In this document: one piece after another, positions 60,948 through 64,000 of the stretch
Layout of the letters: every line of letters begins with the position of its first letter
Numbering within the stretch: position 1 is the stretch's first letter
From: an uncultured delta proteobacterium
GTDB lineage: Bacteria > Desulfobacterota > BSN033 > UBA1163
Direction of reading: 5' to 3'
Length of the DNA stretch: 64,000 bases
Assembly (NCBI GenBank): GCA_963708295.1
Contig: CAVPSJ010000018.1
Coordinates: 1-64,000 of the forward strand
Notes under the pieces: generated by a model
What the model was told of the DNA's origin: nothing
Database searches by the model: none
What the model saw: the letters and a program-made list of their open reading frames with translations, nothing else
Program-made: the position numbers and the translations under genes

Positions 60948-61709
60948 ATGCGACTGGAGAGAGCGTTCGATATCCATTCCTTGGGCTCCGAAGTCTGATG
61001 AAGCTCTATCATGAAGTGAATTCACTGATCATCAGGGATACGGATTGAGATTGTCCCCGGCTCAAAGAGCCGATCAAACGGAAGAAAGCATCCGGCTGCG
61101 ACGATTGGTCTTCCGCTTGGGATCCCCACGATTCAGTTTGCCGACTCTCTGAACAGAAACAACCGAATTGAAGCCATCGCCCACGAATTCGTTCATTTAC
61201 TTTTGGTATACCGGTATGGACTGGGGGTCATTGGCCGGAAAATTCCTCGCTACGGAAACAGTGACGATGTCTTTCGTTATTTCATGAGTATGGGCGGAGA
61301 CTGGGAATACCTGCTCGGCCAGCTCGGCAACACCGTCCATCATTTAATCCTAATCGATTATCTCAAGGAAAAATATGGAATCGACAGTCGTCTTCATCTG
61401 TACCTACTGAATCATAATTTCAGTCTCCTCTTTAAAGATGGTCGCCAGGATAGAGAGTCATTGTATGCCACAGGGGTCATTGCCTTCGAGTATGAGAAAC
61501 TGATCGGAAACGTGGATCGATTCGTCGACCTTGATCATCAAACAGAATACTTCAGGAACTCCTATCAATCGGCACAAAAACACTTTGGAAAATACAGCTT
61601 TCAATCCATCCCAACTCCCTCCTCTTATCAAGAGGATATCCTATCCTTCTTAGAAGACCTGGGCTATGAAAAACAGAATTTCTTGTTTTTCCCTAAATCT
61701 GGGGTGTAG
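60948..61709 (+). CDS. HExxH metallopeptidase-like protein (compensating indels near 5' end)
   Basis: The frame of ORF 61203-61709 extends upstream through EAIAHEFVHLLL (61182-61196); ATG 60948 with RBS GAGAGG. Confidence 0.6.
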
Positions 61710-61811
61710 CTTTATGGTCCAACCCGAGCTTCATTCATCTTCATGACCCCGTTTTTTCTTCCTTGACACACAAACGACAAAGGTCTTATCGTGAAATGAA
61801 CGGGCTAGAAG

Positions 61812-62549
61812 ATGCGAATTTACATTGGTTTTGATGATACGGATACCGTTGACTCTGATCGGGGCACGGGGAGGCTGGCCCGCTGGTTTGAAGATGAATT
61901 ACCCAAGTCATGCCGGTTGTGGGGCGTGGTCCGGCAGCAACTCTTGCTGGATGACTCTATTCCTTACACCACGCACAATAGTTCAGCCTGTGCGATTCTT
62001 GAGTGTTCCAGTTCTCTCTCGATGGATGATTTAATTTCGAGAGCGGTTTATCACATCGAGCGTCACTTCATACAGGGGAGCGACCCGGGGCTATGCATCG
62101 CTTCGGAGGATAATCCTGCCTTGTCAGGATTAATCGACTTTGGCCGGGCATGTACGTCGAGAGTGGTCACGCAGAAAGAAGCCCTTGAGGCTGCCGTGGG
62201 TTCCCATCTTTCTGGCCATGGAGGATCGAACGATGGTATAATAGGCGCCGCTGCTGGAGTAGGTTTGACTGCTCATGGGTGGGGTGGCAGGTTTATTGAG
62301 TTTGGAAGATTGCGGGATTTTCCTGAGAGGGTTCGAGTCTCTGACCTGGAGCGATCCGGCATCGCCGTTGTTTCAATCGACCGAGATGCACGGATCCCAG
62401 CTTTCGAAGACGCCGTCGATACGAAAGGTTGGTTGCGCCCGCGCCTCTGGGGAGGAAGGCCTGTCTTGCCGGTGATTCCCGGAGCCGGGAACCTCTGGGA
62501 AACAGTGGAAGAAAGAAAAAGGAGAAAGCGCGAAAAGGGAGGGGCATAA
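61812..62549 (+). CDS. TiaS N-terminal-domain-like protein
   Basis: IYIGFDDTD, RQQLL..IPYTTHNSSAC, GSDPGLC, DGIIGAAAGVGL; lacks TiaS OB and zinc-ribbon domains. Confidence 0.75.
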   Translation: MRIYIGFDDTDTVDSDRGTGRLARWFEDELPKSCRLWGVVRQQLLLDDSIPYTTHNSSACAILECSSSLSMDDLISRAVYHIERHFIQGSDPGLCIASEDNPALSGLIDFGRACTSRVVTQKEALEAAVGSHLSGHGGSNDGIIGAAAGVGLTAHGWGGRFIEFGRLRDFPERVRVSDLERSGIAVVSIDRDARIPAFEDAVDTKGWLRPRLWGGRPVLPVIPGAGNLWETVEERKRRKREKGGA

Positions 62550-62550
62550 C

Positions 62551-62772
62551 ATGGCAGGAAAGATTTTCTACAGGGAAAGGATCAAGGTTGGTAAAGGAGA
62601 AAAAAAGCCACGCTTCATGCTGGTTGCGGTCGCGGATATGAACGTGAAGATCTACGGCCAGCACGTGCGCAAAAGCGAACTCGAACAGATCGCGGAGGCC
62701 ACGGGCGCTGAACTGATTTTGCTCAAGAGTGGGGGCGGCAAATACAAAGAAGAAGTGGAAGTCGGAGAGTAA
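62551..62772 (+). CDS. Small hypothetical protein
   Basis: 73 aa, RBS GGAGG, 1 nt after the upstream stop. Confidence 0.75.
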   Translation: MAGKIFYRERIKVGKGEKKPRFMLVAVADMNVKIYGQHVRKSELEQIAEATGAELILLKSGGGKYKEEVEVGE

Positions 62773-62837
62773 GGGTTCCATGCGCGCTTGCGGGGACGTT
62801 CTGATGATCTCAGGAGCGTGAATAAAGGAGAATCTGA

Positions 62838-63668
62838 ATGGCATTGGTACGGGAACGAGACGGGAAGCGTTTGCACGTCAAGAGCAGACTGATGGGGGAG
62901 AGCCTGGTCAGCAAGTCCTTTATTGAAGGGCTTGAAGTGGCTCCCCAGCAGCGCCTCTTTCCGGATGTCAATATCCTCAAAATTGGAGGGCAATCGATCT
63001 GTGACCGCGGCGCCAGGGCGGTCCCAGCCATCATCAAAGAAATCGTTGCCAATAAAGAGAAACATAAAATGCTGATCACCACGGGCGGGGGGACGCGCAG
63101 CCGCCACATCTACACCATCGGCCTTGAACTGGGTATGCCCACGGGAATCATCGCTAAATTTGGCAGCTCCATCTCAGAGCAGAATGCCCTGCTGATCAGT
63201 ATGCTTCTCTCCCCCTGGGGAGGAATCAAGATCGGCCACGACGAGATCGTTAAGCTCTCGACTTACTTCTCTCAAAGTTGTATTCCCGTCATGCACGGGA
63301 TGCCTCCGTATGACTATTTTGCAATTCCTCCGGCCGCCGGGCGAATTCCGATTCATCGAACGGATGTGGGCACATTGATCCTGGCCGACCTGATTGGTGC
63401 CCGGAGCTGTATCTTTATCAAAGATGAAAAAGGACTTTACTCCGACGATCCCAAGAAGAATCCGGATGCGGAATTCATCGAGAAGATTGAAGTCAAGCAA
63501 CTCGTGCAGAGGGATCTGGATGATTTAATCATCGAGCGTCCCTGTCTTGAGATCCTCCAGAACAGCCAGGTCATTCATCAAATTCAGATCATCAACGGGA
63601 TGGAGGAAGGAAATATCACCAGGGCCCTCAAGGGTGAACCTATTGGCACCCTCATTTACAAGAAATGA
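62838..63668 (+). CDS. Molybdenum storage protein (MoSto MosA/MosB) homolog, amino-acid-kinase fold
   Basis: KIGGQSICDRG, TGGGTRSRH, GMPPY, IPIHRTDVG, FIKDEKGLY..DP, GNITRALKGE match Azotobacter MoSto motifs as I recall them. Confidence 0.85.
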   Translation: MALVRERDGKRLHVKSRLMGESLVSKSFIEGLEVAPQQRLFPDVNILKIGGQSICDRGARAVPAIIKEIVANKEKHKMLITTGGGTRSRHIYTIGLELGMPTGIIAKFGSSISEQNALLISMLLSPWGGIKIGHDEIVKLSTYFSQSCIPVMHGMPPYDYFAIPPAAGRIPIHRTDVGTLILADLIGARSCIFIKDEKGLYSDDPKKNPDAEFIEKIEVKQLVQRDLDDLIIERPCLEILQNSQVIHQIQIINGMEEGNITRALKGEPIGTLIYKK

Positions 63669-63881
63669 GTCTTCATTTTTTTCATCTTCACAAACTCACT
63701 CCATCCAATAGCCCGATTCGTTTCTAACCATCGTGAAAACAGGGTCCCCGTGCGAAAAATTGACCTCCACTGATACCGATTAAAAGTGAGTTTTTCGTAA
63801 TAAATTGTAACTATTTGTAAACATTTTCGTTGACAACTATTTCCATCTCCTTTAATATTTCTTAATGGATCGGAGGAACCC

Positions 63882-64000
63882 ATGGCAGAAGAAATGATGA
63901 GTACTAAAGAAGTGGCGAAGTATCTGGGAATCCATGAAAAGCAGGTGTATGCATTGATCAAGTCCAAAAAAATTCCGTCCACCCGGGTAACCGGGAAGTG
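63882..64000 (+). CDS. Excisionase-HTH transcriptional regulator, N-terminus (probable Mo/W PBP fusion; runs off window)
   Basis: MAEEMMSTKEVAKYLGIHEKQVYALIKSKKIPSTRVTGK; RBS GGAGG. Confidence 0.75.
   Translation, partial: MAEEMMSTKEVAKYLGIHEKQVYALIKSKKIPSTRVTGK

Noticed and set aside
60990-61035. TGA TGA in the HExxH gene as Sec codons
   Set aside because: Four stops within about 35 nt and a sensible peptide (KLYHEVNSLI) in the shifted frame point to compensating indels.
268-61040. About 15 frameshifts (NifX, RND, TPR, ABC SBP, FmdE, GEGP, Mo subunit, CoxG) as programmed frameshifting or mass pseudogenisation
   Set aside because: They are isolated indels in otherwise intact, unrelated genes with no shared slippery motif; uncorrected long-read error is the simplest explanation. 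Needs read-level confirmation.
62838-63668. Housekeeping uridylate kinase pyrH
   Set aside because: Lacks the PyrH KLSGE and GGGN motifs and the tsf/frr context; matches MoSto motifs instead.

Overview
Bacterial chromosomal segment, most consistent with an anaerobic Desulfobacterota ('Deltaproteobacteria') genome; taxonomy is inferred from protein families and a Geobacter-type LexA box. About 15 single-base frameshifts in otherwise intact genes look like long-read indel errors. No rRNA, tRNA or CRISPR array was seen. From start to end: a metal/sulfur cluster (FmdB, NifX-like, DUF134, FmdE, RND-MFP-TolC, DUF2892, and a HesB-like selenoprotein missed by the ORF track because of an in-frame TGA); a YcxB-C13 peptidase fusion; a sigma54-type excisionase-HTH/HEAT/HD-GYP operon; a PolX with DxD changed to NxN plus nth; DsrE + FadL; lexA-dinB; a repeat lipoprotein + DUF2950; a GH13 amylase; B12 radical SAM genes, a U32 protein and chorismate mutase; an RT remnant; a membrane-anchored TPR regulator; vapBC; two Hsp20; SOD; an ABC-FmdE metal-uptake operon behind a tandem attenuator-like leader; a GEGP diheme protein; yqeC; a Mo-hydroxylase operon headed by a Cys-rich protein ending in Gly-Gly; and a TiaS-like/small protein/single-subunit MoSto/excisionase-HTH locus. 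Best candidates for undescribed biology: the tandem CCANGAAGG attenuator (46166-46287), the Ubl-like carrier beside yqeC and the Mo hydroxylase, the Mo/W storage locus, a putative CsoR/CstR-type sulfur regulon, and a covarying dispersed structured repeat. All family calls are by eye from motifs; no database searches were run.
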